From Gammaproteobacteria bacterium (GTDB lineage Bacteria; Pseudomonadota; Gammaproteobacteria; Steroidobacterales; Rariloculaceae), in assembly GCA_036396795.1 (NCBI GenBank), contig DASWKF010000017.1, positions 111,191-175,190 of the forward strand: a stretch of DNA of 64,000 nt, in the 5' to 3' direction. Under the pieces are notes generated by a model. The model searched no databases, was not told where the DNA came from, and was given only the letters and a program-made list of their open reading frames with translations. This document shows, piece by piece, positions 63,660-64,000 of this stretch. Numbering within the stretch: the first letter of the stretch is position 1; each line of letters begins with the position of its first letter. The position numbers were made by a program, and so were the translations under genes.

Positions 63660-64000
63660 CTATCCGACGGCGCCTTCCAGGCTGACATTGAGCAGGTTCT
63701 GAGCCTCGACCGCGAACTCCATCGGAAGCTCCTTGAAAACCTCACGGCAAAAGCCATTGACGATCATGTTGACCGCGTCTTCCTCGGACAGGCCGCGCTG
63801 GCGGCAGTAGAACAGCTGATCCTCGCTGATTTTGGAAGTCGTCGCCTCGTGCTCGACGTGAGCGCTCTGGTTTCTTGCCTCGATGTAGGGAAAGGTGTGC
63901 GCGCCGCAACGGTCGCCGAGCAGTAGTGAGTCGCACTGGGTGTGGTTTCGCGCTCCGCGCGCGGTCGGCATGATCCGAACGAGTCCGCGGTAGGAATTCT
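63660..64000 (-). CDS. sufB: Fe-S cluster assembly protein SufB (C-terminal part, continues beyond the right edge)
   Basis: The frame is open to the window edge. ...[29 protein letters not shown]...[23 protein letters not shown]...LEGAVG is the canonical SufB C-terminus. Confidence 0.9.
   Translation of the reverse strand, partial: NSYRGLVRIMPTARGARNHTQCDSLLLGDRCGAHTFPYIEARNQSAHVEHEATTSKISEDQLFYCRQRGLSEEDAVNMIVNGFCREVFKELPMEFAVEAQNLLNVSLEGAVG

Overview
High-GC bacterial chromosome segment. The gene order rnr-rlmB-rpsF-rpsR-rplI-dnaB and ffh / rpsP-rimM-trmD-rplS looks proteobacterial, probably gamma. The window splits at a tRNA-Leu(CAG) gene (35440-35526). To the right (35.7-64 kb) is ordinary core housekeeping: RNase R, RlmB, S6/S18/L9, DnaB, RadA, a CorC-type transporter, Ffh, S16/RimM/TrmD/L19, a TatT-type TRAP transporter, SppA, Hsp15, SixA and a sufBCDS-sufU-sufT operon. 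This core is interrupted only by an FHA / PP2C / CHASE2-Ser/Thr-kinase signalling module with atypically low GC. To the left (0.2-35.3 kb) is an accessory-looking region dominated by signal-peptide-bearing proteins of unknown or loosely assigned function. These include beta-propellers (PQQ-type dehydrogenase, PAL/NHL-like, cytochrome c-Vgb-like), alpha/beta and metallo-beta-lactamase hydrolases, c-type cytochromes, an ECF transporter, a Tat-exported amidohydrolase and two tandem endostatin-like (C-type-lectin-fold) proteins. The most striking feature is a six-member paralog family: two short ~125-aa proteins and four ~335-355-aa fusions. In every member the predicted signal-peptidase cut exposes His-His as the mature N-terminus, followed by an invariant NPH 26-27 residues later. 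I read this as a candidate, uncharacterised histidine-brace-type periplasmic metal site embedded in a co-directional array of secreted enzymes. No rRNA, CRISPR array, IS element, integrase or prophage gene was recognised. Many long ORFs in the track are antisense or GC-driven artefacts and were not called.
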